64,000 nt of DNA. It comes from Dicyema japonicum (taxonomy: Eukaryota; Animalia; Dicyemida). Each line of letters opens with the position of its first letter. Positions within the stretch are counted from its first letter, which is position 1. The position numbers were made by a program, and so were the translations under genes. Below the pieces are notes generated by a model. It was not told the origin of the DNA. It was given only the letters and a program-made list of their open reading frames with translations, and did no database searches. Shown here in pieces: positions 26,501-40,040 of this stretch. The stretch lies in contig RDEW01000008.1 in NCBI GenBank assembly GCA_011109175.1, positions 1,063,931-1,127,930 on the forward strand, given 5' to 3'.

Positions 26501-29500
26501 TAATTTATAAGACACTATTGGATGACAACGCTATGAGGATTGGGGTTTTCCGTCCGTTTCAAAAATAGATATTGCACGATCCATCGCTGTAGATGCGGAG
26601 GAATGGTCGAGGATAAAGTTTATCGAGGTTTCCCAATGGACGGTGACATAATTTATATTTATTTTGACGATGACTGCCATTTTATGAGGTTATTTTTAAA
26701 ATTATTAAAGATTTTTAATTTTCAAAGAATTTGAATTATATCTAAATATTGTGCATTATGATTTTTTTTAAAAAACAAAACTGCCCAAATATAATATCTA
26801 TTCATTGCATTTACATAGGCACAGTCAATAAAGATATTTATTACGGCGTGGTCTCCCTTATGACTTGCAGGCATTGAGTACACAATCGGAGTTACCACAC
26901 ATGATCGAAGCCCAATGTTCTGGAAGAGCCAATTTATCATTCTGGGCTCTCCCTTTTGCAGTTTTGCAAGCTGCTCGATTAACTGATTAACTCAGACTTG
27001 CTCGGTCCAAAAACGCGAGAAGTCTCAACGGATATCGCTTGGAATGCGAACAGAATTGGAAGAACTAGACACGAGCCTAAACATCGTTCAAAATGAGAAA
27101 ATTAACAGGTTTCTTAGCTGTAAAATAGAAGTCCAATTTGAGGGTATGAAGTTGCTTGGATCGCTATTGAGTTCCCTGAGTATTTGCTGCAACATAGCCT
27201 CGCCTTAGAAGATTCTATTGTGGGACAGTTTTCCAACAATTCCCTGACGAATTAATGAATAATGTGGTTGAAGCAAATTCACTATGGTCAGGGATTCTTT
27301 TCTTCTGCCTTTAATTGTGACTAAATGCCTAATACGACTGTAATACAGTCTTGACCCCCTAAATACGAATTATCCACCTTGATCACGTCAAGATTGAAGA
27401 ACTTGTGAGCTGTTACACAGTTGTTGTATTATATGACAATTTATTATTCTTAATCATGTTTTTTGCTTTTAATTGTTATTTTACTCGAATTTTGAAATTA
27501 CAGAGGGGAAGCGGGAAAATTTAGTTGGATAAGTCGCATTAACTCTAAATTACCAAATGCAAAACCAATGAGCAAAGCCATCGACCACAGGTAAAAAAAC
27601 TGGAATCCTATTCAAGGTCATTTTCGCCGATTATACTGACCATCAAGCGAACTCGACGTTGGGCTTTTATAAACAATAGTTGCTCCGACCATCGAATACG
27701 CCTATTCCGCCTGGTTCAGATCCTTTGGAAAAGCACTCTGTCAGCCATCCGAAAATTGTTGAAAAGAATTAAGTACCTGACGAAGGAGAAAGACAAAATA
27801 GTTACTTCTGACATCCCTAGTTCTATACAAGAGAAACAATGGAGACCACAGTACTAATAGGTCTAGTAGAAATCTACAAGCAAAAGCCTGCGACTCTGTT
27901 TCGAGGTCGCACCTGACAGGCGCTAAAGAAGTCATGGTAAAGGAATTCCGAAAGTGAATTTTTTTGAAGGCTATTGGACAGAAAAGCCCTATCCCTCTTG
28001 TGACGTGTAGCAGTAGTTTTTATCATCAAATAACCGATTATCGAATACGCTTCTTCCACATGAAGATTAGCGTTTTCTCTTCGAAAAATGAACATATCAA
28101 CTCACTTAAAGGAAAATCTTGCATCTTTTTCCCTCATACAAAGGCCATCTCTTGAAGGTATCCGTGCATGTAAAGTCCTGGACCATAGACTTACCGACTT
28201 CAAACGGAAAGATGAAGATCCCATTTTTAAATTTTTCATAACTCCCACACAAGCAAAGAGGAATAACCATTTATAGTCGTCTGATGGCCTTATGTCTAGA
28301 ACTTCCACTACTCCTACAGGCGAGTGATGAATACAATAACCGTTGATCTGGTCATTTACTCGCCACGATGTGGTACAAAATCAAGACCTAATGAAAATAT
28401 CAAATTAACATAAAATAGCCAAATTTCAAAGTCATTAAACTTTTAATTAATGTTTTTTACCTTTTCTAACTTTGTCTCTTCTAAAGCGGACCGATATTCT
28501 CTAACTTGCCACTATTATCATAAAGATCACTTTTACATTTTTCTGAGCCCATTTATGGAAAATTAACTTTGTAGTAAGATCTTTTATCCCTCGTTATTTT
28601 AATCAGATTTCACTAAGTTTCGACCTTACATTAAATTGTAAACCCTAAAATCGTAAACATGGACAAAATAAAAGGCCATTAACAAGTACGCCTCAAGATA
28701 AGTCGTTTAAGAGTTAATCAGCTTCCAAGCCGAGTCATAGCCAGCTTGGGCAAGCAAAGAGATCTCGAACTTCTCTTCACTCAAGATTGACTATATCCAC
28801 ACCGTAGATGTGCGAGTCTCACTTTGACGGTAATTGGAGCAGCTATTCTGAATCCCTCCTTGTATGGCGGTAGAAAAAACTTTCAAAATTTAATGACACG
28901 TGACTTATCAATTGTTAGTAATGAAATGCTATTTATCACAATTTTTAACTAAAAAATGTCTCCGAGGAATACGGAGATATCCTTTCCCCACAACGGTCTG
29001 GGCTCACTTAGTTAGGTGAAAACATTTTCTTTTATAGAAGTAAAGTATATCAAGTAGAGTAAATACCAGTGACTGACGGGCAGTTTATCTTCTTCTAACC
29101 GTCTTTTATTAAAACGTCTGAAGTGTTTGACGTCAGGAATATGGAATCCGTCAAACAATCGTCGACCTGCAGAAACACTTAAGAGTGAACCCAGATATAC
29201 GTAAATGCTCTTCCAAATACATTGGCCTCTCAATCATGAGAAATCATATTTCCCATAATTCTTGAGCAATAGACTGTCTGTTTCTTCTTAAATGAAGAAG
29301 TTAGACACATCATAGCGGGACTTTTTGTCACCAGACCCTTTTGGGTAAACCATATGTGGATAATACATAGGAATGCAGTCCCAAGTCCGTTAGGTAAACC
29401 TTATATGGATAATACATAGGAAACAGGATACTATGTCGCATTTAATATAACATTAATTACTTTCTTGTATTTTTCTTTGACTAATTTAGTGGGAAGACAA

Positions 29501-30229
29501 CTTGTTTACATCAGAAAAATATTTGTACGATAATTTCGATTATTTATTTATTTTTTAAATAATTATTTTTTAAATAATTTTTATTATATATCTTGTCAAG
29601 AAGATTCTAACTCGCTCGCTGAATTCTCTACTAACCTGGACGCGGCCATGCTCGTGAGACCTTCAGCTTTCCCACGTTCTCTCAGTGGTGCCTGGACGAT
29701 GCTGTATGGCTGAATTCTTTTGAAGATCCCTAGTGTCATCTAACCAACATTACCGTGCCTGTTTGTTGTCAGGGGCATCTTCCGATTTTCCATGAGAATT
29801 TAAAACAATTCACCTTTTTATTATTATTTACTACAAAATTTAATTTATTTGTTGATTGACTATAACATCTTTGCAGTATTGTCTTTTTGACTTTTCCGTT
29901 TTGAAGAGCGAGCTTAGAAACACTCACTGTTTAGGTAAGATATTTAAAAAGAACTTCTTTGTTTATGTCTTCGTGAACAATTTGAAGAACTGGATTGTAA
30001 TTTACCTATGTGGAAAAAGAAAAGAAGTATTTCACGTTCTACAAAATCATCACTAAGTTTTGCCTAACGTGCTCCTATTAGGATCTCTTCTGTCACTTAT
30101 CTTGTTCAACTTTTTTCTGTACGATATTCCACCTATATATTTTACGATATACTGAATGATATAATCATCAGGAGACCTGTGTGGTCACATTAATGCTGAT
30201 AGCTTAGATAATTTATTAGACATTTCGAA

Positions 30230-30960
30230 AAAGTCATACTTTTTTTCTCTCCACCTCCACATTATACAAACGGTCTTGAGACGTAATGCCATCTTTCATG
30301 ATAAAAACTTGGCCAGAATCCTTATCGTGTACCACAATATCAGGTTCATAGTGAGTTGCATAACGCCTTCACATTTACTAGCCCACCATCATCAACACCA
30401 TACTTAGCAGACAAATAAGGTCTATAGTGCCTAGGTGGGTTGCCCGTGTTTTCTCGGTCGTTATTATGGCGTGCTTCCTAGCAGCCACACTTGACCCTCC
30501 TAACAGCGTCAAATGCATTTGCATAAGAATACGCTCACGTTTTTATAATACTCCACACAGTCTACGGCCGAATTTATCACGGAATAAATTTAGTCTCTCT
30601 TTACTGGCTGCCAGCATATGGACATGGTTCTCTCTGAGTACTCCACGGATCATAACATCCATCTCATCATACTCCTTTTGCTCAAACTCCACAACACCTA
30701 TGTAATAGTTTAGCAGCAAGACAGAATACTCATTTAATGCTAGGAACAAATTCCTTGCATTTAGAGACGTCTTACATAATAACGCTGCTCTTTTACAAAT
30801 GCCTTCAGTAATTTGTCGCTTTGTCTCAGGTGTTATAAGGGACTTTGGAGTTTCGGTAACACCCAGATACTTATATCCTTCGTGTTCCTCTAGGACTTTT
30901 CGTAACACCAGATACTTATATCCTTCGTGTTCCTCTTTAGTTACTTGTCGATTTATCTCA
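30230..30960 (-). mobile_element. R4/Dong-like non-LTR RT C-terminal fragment
   Basis: EGYKYLGVTE..CKTSLNARNLFLALNEY..LNYYIGVV..ASKERL.L.R..GR. Confidence 0.7.
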
Positions 30961-31199
30961 GGGACTCAATTGAAATCTGTCGATAAAAAATCCATTCAGA
31001 TTCAAAATTGAAATATTGAGGATACTTTTTTATTAAAAAATAAATAACTGAACAAATAAAAAAATAATCAAAAATTTGAACTAAAAGCACGAGATATTAA
31101 CTTCCGACCAATTTCAAGCTAAATATTATAAAAATTTAGGATATCCATTCAAAAGCAGTAAATTTACTGGTAAAATATACGGCTTTAAAAGTTTTCCTA

Positions 31200-32598
31200 A
31201 GTGGGCAGCGATAATTTCCGCCACTTCCCTCTGGTCCACAATTTGCGTTCTTTTGTCATCTTTTATAATTATCGGTTGATGGGGTCTTTCCCTTCATCTG
31301 TTTCACAGCCTCGTAGAATCTAGCGTTGTCTTTGAGAGATTCTATCTTCTTAATCTGGTCCAGTGCTCTATTTCTGTTTTGCTGGCGCATAGTTTTTCTT
31401 ATTTTTGCTTTGATAGTTATTCTTTCTAGCCTCAATTTTGATTTTACGTTCGAATCGTCAGTATTTTGATATAGCATCCATATGGTCTTCTGTTTATTGG
31501 CAAGGTCCTTCACCGTGTACATGTCATTGTGCGATGGGATTTTCTCATTTTCTTTCATTAGATGAAGATTGGCTTTTTTATGTATTGATTTCTTTACAAA
31601 ATCCCAGGATTTTCCGAGCGGCAAATCTGTAGGCATGTATTCTAGTTCTGCATCCAGATATTCTCTGAATGCTAGGGCCCCTTCTGATTGACTGATTAAG
31701 GATTCCAAGTTATAACGTCTATAGCTGGGTTCTGTGGTTTCAATGTGCTTCCATTTCGTTCTTTGTAGTACCATAAATCTCTTAAGAGAAAGTCTAGCGA
31801 AAACCATTTTGTGGTCGCTGTCGCTAATTGATCCACCATAAGCTCGTGCATAAGTATAATCCCTCGATCTTTTTGCCTGCATATGATATAGTCGATCTGG
31901 TTGTATATATTTATCACTCACACTTCGAGATTTGTTCTGTGTCCCGACCACGTAGATTTATGTCTGGCTGGATGCATGAAGGTGTATTGCATAAAAATAG
32001 GTTGTTCATTTGACAGAAGTTAGCTAGTAGAGTTCCCGGGGAATTTCTTTTCTCCCTACCATGCCTTCCCAAGAATGTCTCATCGGTCGTAACCTGGGTG
32101 CCATTTTTCGCATTTAGGTTTCCTGCAATCATTACTAATGTCGAGAAAGCATACTTGGAAAAGACTGGTGTAAAAGTCATCAATCTCCCCAGGGTTTTTA
32201 TTAAGCCATCCACTGTGAAGGGCGTAAACGTTTATTATAGTTAGATATTTCTTCGACGGGTTGAGGTCATCCAGTTTCAATTGCAACACCCCGATTCTAT
32301 CATTCACACTGTAATATCGGCAGACTCTTTTGGATAGATCATTCCTGACGGCAAATCCTAGCCCATAGAGCTTGTTTCTACCTGGAAGGAAGATTAGTCG
32401 AAAGTTCTCATGTTGTTCTTTGATCCCGTTGATTAGTTTAATCTCCTGAAGGCAGGCGATTGAAATCATGTATTTTGTTAGATCCTCGACCAGTTCCTTC
32501 CGGTTCCGAACGCTAGAAAGTCCCCTGACGTTAAACGTGAAAAAGGAGAGTCCAATAGCTTGATACTGTGTTTTCCAGACATTGAGTTCAAGAGCCAC
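31200..32598 (-). mobile_element. RTE-like LINE 5' part (AP endonuclease)
   Basis: TFNVRGL, IACLQE, GLGFAV, INVYA, NQIDYII, SDSDHKMV. Confidence 0.8.
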
Positions 32599-32748
32599 GT
32601 TAAATTAGGTTAATTAATTCATAATTTACATATAAAACTTATTTTAATAACTTAATTTATTTTTATAAGTTAAGTTATTAAATTAATTAATTTTATTATA
32701 ATAATTTTTTAAAATTACTTATTCATAAATAATTAATTATTTTACTTA

Positions 32749-33878
32749 ATGATCTTTATGATTGGAGGTTTGTTTGAATTTAATAAGTTTGTAGAAATTG
32801 TGTTGTTTTTCGGTTTAATTAAACTTGAAATCACTATTGATAAAGTGTCAAATAGTCAAATTCCAATGTGGATCATTAGTGTAAATGACGAATTTTCTAT
32901 TTTATTTTCTGGAGAGATTAACGTGAGGATTACAGATAATGGAATGGTAAATGAATATGATAGTAGTAGGATCGAGTTGTCAATTTCAACGAGACAGTTG
33001 TCGGTTATGAGAATCTAGGAAATAATGAATTCTATATCAATTTACAAGTTGGAATTACACTTGTTAGTTTTAAATTGAAAATGGATGATAATCTTAATTA
33101 TTTAAATCTAATTTATGTTATGGTTGTCGGTATCTTGACATTATAGATACGGGGAATTGGTAGTTCTTCTATTAATATTAATGAAATATTTTTGATTAGA
33201 AATTATTATTATTGTCATAATTTAAAGATAGAATTTCCTCCATTTATTTTACACATTCTACTTTAAACTACAAGTATCTCGAACACCTGGAATTACATCA
33301 TTTTCTGAAACCTGTTGTATTTATTATAATTTTAAGTTGATAATTGCAGTAATGATCTGTTAAATAATGAACCTATTGAACCAATAATCGGTCCTTTAAG
33401 TTGTTTTATTAATATTTATCATCTTTTATTTTTTTATTTATTTTTAGGACACACTACAGCTACTTCCACTACTACAAGTGAAGGTAAATATTTTAATTTC
33501 ATGTTTATAAATTAATGCAATTAAATAATATTCTTATTCATAAAATTGATAACTACAGCTACTCCCACAAATACAGCTGAAGGTAAAATATCTTCAATTT
33601 ATGATTAATCAATTCATATAATTAAATGTTAGATTCACCCACAGAATTTGCCACTACAACTACTTCCACTACTACAATTGAAGGTAAAATATTTTAATTC
33701 CCTATTTAATCAATTTATATCATTTTTATTTTAAGATCCGAGCATAACAAGTTCAACAATTAACACTAATTTGATAGTAAGCATGCATGCCCGAAAATTC
33801 AGTACTTCATCCGTTTCTCGTCCAGTGGAAGTAACATTCTTCCTACTTGGATGGATTTTAGTTAACATACTAATTTAA
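32749..33878 (+). CDS. Surface glycoprotein family copy 4, divergent head, short stalk (one frameshift near 33258)
   Basis: Spliced: MIFMIGEIVLFFGLIKLEITIDKVSNSQIPMWIISVNDEFSILFSGEINVRITDNGMDRVVNFNETVVGYENLGNNEFYINLQVGITLVSFKLKMDDNLNYLNLIYVMIRGIGSSSININEIFLIRNYYYCHNLKIEFPPFILHI[fs]KLQVSRTPGITSFSETFDNCSNDLLNNEPIEPIIGHTTATSTTTSE...DPSITSSTINTNLIVSMHARKFSTSSVSRPVEVTFFLLGWILVNILI*. Confidence 0.75.
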
Positions 33879-34430
33879 TTTAAACTAACAGATTTCTTTG
33901 TTAATTTTATTTTCGGAGATTAATTTAATAATTATTTAACCCAGGACACACAAAGAAAGATATCGGTGATTAATAATTAATTATGTTTATCCAAGTACAA
34001 AGTTGTAATAGGATAGAGACATGAACCTCTATACAAACAACTAGATCCGAGATCACAGTGAGAGACATTCTCCATGAGATTAACTGTCGTCATATGAGAA
34101 ATGTAATCTATTTGATGTCTTCCTGAATTTGGACTTCATGGTAACAAAGTAATGAATTGAGAAGAGAAGTAAGTAAGATGAATTGAAAGCTTGATGAACT
34201 GTTATTAGGATGACATCATACTGACTAATAAAACTTTTCAAAGATTTGGTTGATTCTTAAGCTGCCCCGTTGGAACTTTGTGATCATATGACTTAATTTG
34301 GTTGTTTCGGAGATCAATTATATCAATGGTTTTGAAAAACGAGTGATATGGTGTGATCAATGAAAATCTCAGATGGAAATTAAAGAACGAAAAGAAGACG
34401 AAGTCTAGAAACAAAGCCAGTAGAGACAAC

Positions 34431-36110
34431 TCAGGTATGTCTCTTATGTGGACATTCGAAACTCAGGAAATTTAGAATTAATTTCACGCAATATGAACCA
34501 TTCGTCCATTTGGGCTCGTAAAAATCAGTAAAGCTTGCGCCGAGACGCTGTCGGGTTATCTGTCCATTCTTGTATTGGAAAAAAGCTCCCCAGGCTGGAA
34601 AAAATAGCTCAGCCAAACTTTACACTGACACATACTGAGCAAACTATCTTGCGAACCTCCGGAAAGTCAGGAAGATCCCAGTAAAAATCCGTAAAGGAGT
34701 AAGAATTGCAGAAGCAACGTGTCAGATGCCATTGATCACGGACTGTAATGAGGTCGAAACTAGAGGAGCATACACCAAATATGTCCCCAACAAACTAAAG
34801 GAAAGAGTAAAACTGAAACTTCTGGAGGGCGACGACGTGCGGGCTGCTTTACGGGTTATCACGTCCGATGACACAGTATTGTCTTGTACTCCTGAGTTCT
34901 TGAAAACCTTAATACTGAAAAACCTTAATACTGACTATGAAAAGTTTTAGAATCCTGAATGAACCCGCTAAATCTCTGGTACCTCGATGATGCCACAATT
35001 GGAGGATCATTCAAGGAAACATACAATTCATTACGTGAAACGTTATCCGGTTTAAAACACTTGGGCTTGGACTTCAATGTTAACAAATCAGAGCTAATGA
35101 ATGTCTCATATCCGAACACCGACATTCTATCTATCAAAAAGTCCTTTAACGAAATGCTTCCTGGAATCCCGACTGTGCCAGTTGATAAATTATATTTCCT
35201 CGGATCAGCGAAAAACTCAAGAACTATCTACTTTGCAAAAATGAAGAATTACACGGTTCGCGAAAAGATTGTCATGTCTCGACTCTCACACATCCTTCTC
35301 CCAGATGAGAAACAACATCGGACTACCCAAGCTTTTATATCTACTATGATGTTCACTTTGCTACGAACAATACGACAGTCTACTTTCGATAGACAAATTT
35401 CTCAAATAAAATGTTGAATCACCTAATTAACGTCCGCTTCGACGAACTTAGTTAGAAGCAATGTAAGCTTCTTTCTGGAATTGATGTTGTTGGTCTAAGA
35501 TCGGTGCTGGAAACCGCGTACCTGGCATATCTATCGTCTCTCTCAAGCTGTACTGGAACGGGTCCGGACTCAAAATCCCCAAAGACACAATGAAGCAAAG
35601 TAATTGGGATTCCATTGTCTGCTCCAAAATTTTAAAAGATTTTAAAAAAAAAGCAAATCAACTTATTTGTTGTCAGCTTTAAGTGGAGGGAGTAAAGCAT
35701 GGCTTGGTGCAATACCTTATCCAATCCTCGGGACTTTTTTGGACGACGATTATTTGAGGATTGGAATCGGACAACGGCTAAGACTAGACGTTTGCCAAAA
35801 GCACTGATGCCGATCTGGGAAAACAGTCGATGCGAAAGGATTGCACCCGCTGTTTAGCAGAAGAAGCGCCGTAAGTGGACCACGTCATGCTGCTCTGAAC
35901 GATGTGATCGTCATAGCTCTGAAGGCTACAGGCTTCCCAGCATACCTTGAACCAGTGGGTCTCGTTCGAGAAGATGGAAAGAAACCTTTTCACATCCGGA
36001 AGATCCTTGGTCTGGAACGCAACTTGTGTTGACAGATTCTCAAGCACGAATCTTTTCAAATTAGTTCAAGACACCTGGAGCAGCTGCTTTGACCGCGGAA
36101 AACCTAAAAA
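34431..36110 (+). mobile_element. Degenerate CRE-like element
   Basis: [45 protein letters not shown]. Confidence 0.8.
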
Positions 36111-39100
36111 TGACTTTCCCGACTTTTCCATGAAGAACATTATCAATCCCTTTGACGAGAGAAAAACTACGCTTCACACCCGTATAGTAGCTCTGGTAGA
36201 ATAATCTTTATGAAGATAAACAAGAAGGTCTTCAAGCTTACGAACAACTGCTCGTACAGAGAAGCGCTTGTAGCGCCTTCTTCCTTCTTCGTCTGATATT
36301 TTCCATTAAGGAACCTTCTCCTTCAATAACTATCCTGAGGTAACGGAGTAAGTTTACTTTTGGAATATCAAGTGAGTAGGGCTGCGTACGGTGTCTCGTA
36401 GACGGTTAACTCTCAAGTAGCTGGACTTCTCCGTAGAGAGTCTTATCCCTCTCTTGGAGCACCAATTTTGCACTTGGTCGATGAATGACTTGATTCTTCT
36501 TTCCGATAGAGTTTACTTCCAAGACATATCTGTAATTAGAATATCGTCTGCGTATATCAATAGTTTGGTGTTCGCATCCAGCGGAATTGGAAAGTCTGAT
36601 AGAAACACATTGAACAGAAGCGGGCTCAAGGTAGAGTCCTGTGGAACGCCCCTCTTCAGAAAGATATCTTTTGACATATTCGTCCCAACACGTATTTGGG
36701 AAGTCCGTCCTGTTAATAAGTTTTTTATCCATATGAAAAGTTTCCTTTGGATAGTAGCAGCCGCTAGCCTTGATAGCAGAGCTTCATGCCACACGCTATC
36801 GAATGCCTTGGTCAGGTCCAAACATACTATGTTAACTTGCTTCTTGAATTCAGACCTCTCAATACCACCGAATGTATGTGGTGGATGCAATCCGTGCAGG
36901 ATTTCCCAGGTCTGAAGCCACATTGTTCTGCGAGAAGGAAAACCATGTACTCGTTTAGCCTCTTGAAGATAATTCGCTCAACAATCTTGGAAATAGAGCA
37001 AATGAGGCTGATCGGCCTATAGTTGAGAGGGTCCCTCCCCGACTTTCCAGGTTTCAGGATCATTCTAACTATGTAGGTTTTTCAGTTTTTGGGGACATAG
37101 ACATAATCTATGCTCGCGTTGACTAAATTCTTCAGCACGAGCAGCAGATCATCTAGGCCTTCCTTGAACATTCTCTTGCTAATATGGTCATGTCCACGGG
37201 CGTTAGCTTTGTACACTCTATTGGCAATCACTCTGTCGTTATCTTCATCACAGTATTTTGAAATCGTCGGGAATAAGTAATAAGTTCTTTTGAAGCTCTC
37301 AACTCTTCCCTCGGGATCAGCCCCGTCGGGTTGACTTCCTGGATACGGTCTAGTTGCTTCTTAAAGATTTCCAGTACTTCTTCCATAGAATATGATCTAC
37401 CTTCCGGTTTGTTCAGAGAGATTTTCACATCATTCCTCTTCTGGCCTGTTATTCTTTTGTAGATCTTCCTGAACGAAGGGTCTTTGATGTTTAGTTTGCT
37501 TGTTTCGACCCTCCAACATTGTTCTATTGCCAGTCTTGTTCCCTCTTCAATAGCTTTTTTGATTATTTTTAGTTGACCAGTCAATGTAATTCGGTCCATC
37601 CAGTCGACACATCTTCTGAGTTTGTTCCTCAGTCGGTATCTTTCTTTAATCATAGATAGTGTAGAAGAAGGAAATTAATGCTCTTCTTATAATTGGTATC
37701 GGAGAGTCTCCTCCTGGCGTAAAGTGATAAGTATCTCTCCATCACAGTTGAAAGTTCTCTGTCTATGTTGTCAATATCATTTCGGGAATAAGGTCCCTCC
37801 TTCCATTTTTTGAGATTTCTAAACATGTATCTTCATAGTGTTCCCAATTTAATCTTGATTGGTCGTAGCCTGTGAACACTGACTCCGTAGTGTCCGGAGC
37901 CAGGTTCAGTGACATCTCTTGAGGGATGCGGTCGCTCCCGATGTCCCACATGATATCAGTCTCTCCACATAAGTGTAGAGCATTGATGACACCAGGAACA
38001 CTTCAAGCATGTCTCCACCGTAGTGCGAGAAGTGATTCGGCTTCTCCGATGTCAAAATCTAGAAGCCAGTCTAGTAACTCAATTTTCTTAGCCTGATTCC
38101 ATCCTCGTTGGTTCCCAGGCATCCATGTTTAATGTTCTTGGCGTTTAGATCTCCCACTAGGACAGACATATCGTTTCCCGCGAAGAATTCTTCAATTTCT
38201 GTGGAGCACTTTCTGAGTTCCTTTGAATACAATCCTCCAACGTGTATCCAACGGCCACAGCATCGCACCTCGACGGAAACAAATTCACAATGTGTATTCA
38301 TAATTATTATTGCTCACGTATCTGTAGAACATCATGTGGTTCCAGTACCAGCCTCTACACATTCGACCCATGGTATTTCTACAGGAATTACATCCCCGTA
38401 GCATTGTAGTGTTGTCTTTTTTCACCTTAGTCTCGTTGACCACCAGGATGTCAATCTTGGTGGCCGACAGAAGTAGTGCCAGGTCATGACGCCTATTCCT
38501 CAGTGATCGGGCGTTCAGCAGCACTATCTTCAGGTTTCTTCTCAATTTTCTTTTGGTGAAACTGGCTCTCCATGGCCAAGTCCACCATTCTTTTTAAATC
38601 CACTCCAAGTATGCCGCTTAGTTCATTCAGTCTTGATATTATTTCTTCCAGTTCTTTTGCAAATCTCCTGGTATCTTGAAGAGGAGATGGTTCATTCTTG
38701 TTAGTCCTTGGACAATTATTCTTTTTTGGGTAGGAGTTTCACTTTGTTATAACTTATAACATTCATCTGTTTCGGTTCCGTATTGTTGTTGATTCGGGGA
38801 CTTCGCTTTCGCCTGGCCTCCACAAGCACAGGGAATCCTCCATATTTTGCATCGTGTTTTGTTGATCCGCAGTTAACACAATTAAGGTTCAAGACCCGGA
38901 TCCGCATTGCACCTGGAGGTGTCATGCTCTCCCGCGCAACGAAAGCATTTCTTCTTTCCCGTGCACTGGTATGCAAAGTGACCGACATGCTGACAGTTGT
39001 AACATATTGGCGGTCCTCTTCTCATCCATTCACAGGAGATCTTGTTCGTTCCAATGTAGAAGCCACAGCGTATTAGTGATGTGGCCTCGATTTAACCGAG

Positions 39101-39450
39101 GCCTTCTCCATTGGCATCGGCTGCGATCCTCTGGACATTCGGGTAACTTTGTAGTTGAGGGAACCATCTCCTGAAGGTAGTCCAAGAGGTCGTCCTCATT
39201 CGCCTTGAAAGGCAGGTTCCTGAATACAATCACAGACGGTTTTGTTAAGAGTGTTCTGAATTGGTGTTTGTCGGGACCAAAAAGACAGATCTCATTTACG
39301 GCCTCTATATAAGTGGCCATGTAGAAGTTGAACTGAAAATCCAGTCGGAAGGAGCCCGGTCCTCTGTGGCTCATTCTCATAGATCCGTAGTGGTCATACA
39401 CAGGCAGGATATGTCTTAAGTGAAAGATGTAAATCACCACTCTCTAATTT
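36111..39450 (-). mobile_element. Near-full-length degenerate Jockey/I-like LINE (gag ORF1 + APE-RT ORF2)
   Basis: ORF1 zinc-knuckle-like CVNCGSTKH; ORF2 motifs as at 19206-21845, including LIYADD. Confidence 0.85.
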
Positions 39451-39967
39451 CTATTTTCTAAATCAACCCACCCACAGAGAAATTGCGTTGGATCCCAGAA
39501 GGGGCACAAGGAGAGAATGAGAATTCGGTGTAAGCTAATGAGCCTGGAGGTAATGGAGTCTCGCTGGAGACTATTCTGGCACTTCCTGAAGATGGAATTG
39601 GTATTCCTGCCTAACAGAGATATAGAAGACTACTATGTTTGCTTCCGACGACCCCCCGTTCTTACTGAGAAAATGATGTCACTTCTAAATATTAACTTTC
39701 CAGAAAAAATACCTGCCTCTTGGATCTTGGCTACTATTTCCTATCCAGAAACTAACGATTCCCAATTCATGTGTATACGAGTTCGAAAAGTTATTGTCTC
39801 ACTTAGATCAATGGAGATGACTTCACCTGAGGACCATACAGTAGCTTGTTTTTTTAGCCAATAATTTAAGCAAATACTCTACTTCAGTGTGTTTTAACAA
39901 TTCTTGAAAGTAATTCAAATCTTGATGTATGATATTTTTCGGTATTAAGAATTTGAAGATGACTAAT

Positions 39968-40040
39968 GCCTCCGTGGCGCAACGGTTAGCGCGTGTGGCT
40001 GTTAACTGCGAGGTTGCTGTTTCGAATCCGGCCGGAGGCG
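39968..40040 (+). tRNA. tRNA-Asn(GTT) copy, probably degenerate
   Basis: Identical to 22470-22542 except T-stem 5' strand GCTGT instead of GCCGG, which also damages the B box. Confidence 0.7.

Larger units (their letters stand above)
11635..29786 (+). repeat. Unit 1 of ~18-kb tandem segmental duplication
   Basis: 11635-14045 matches 29787-32363; 18661-29785 matches 35566-47607 with internal indels. Confidence 0.9.
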
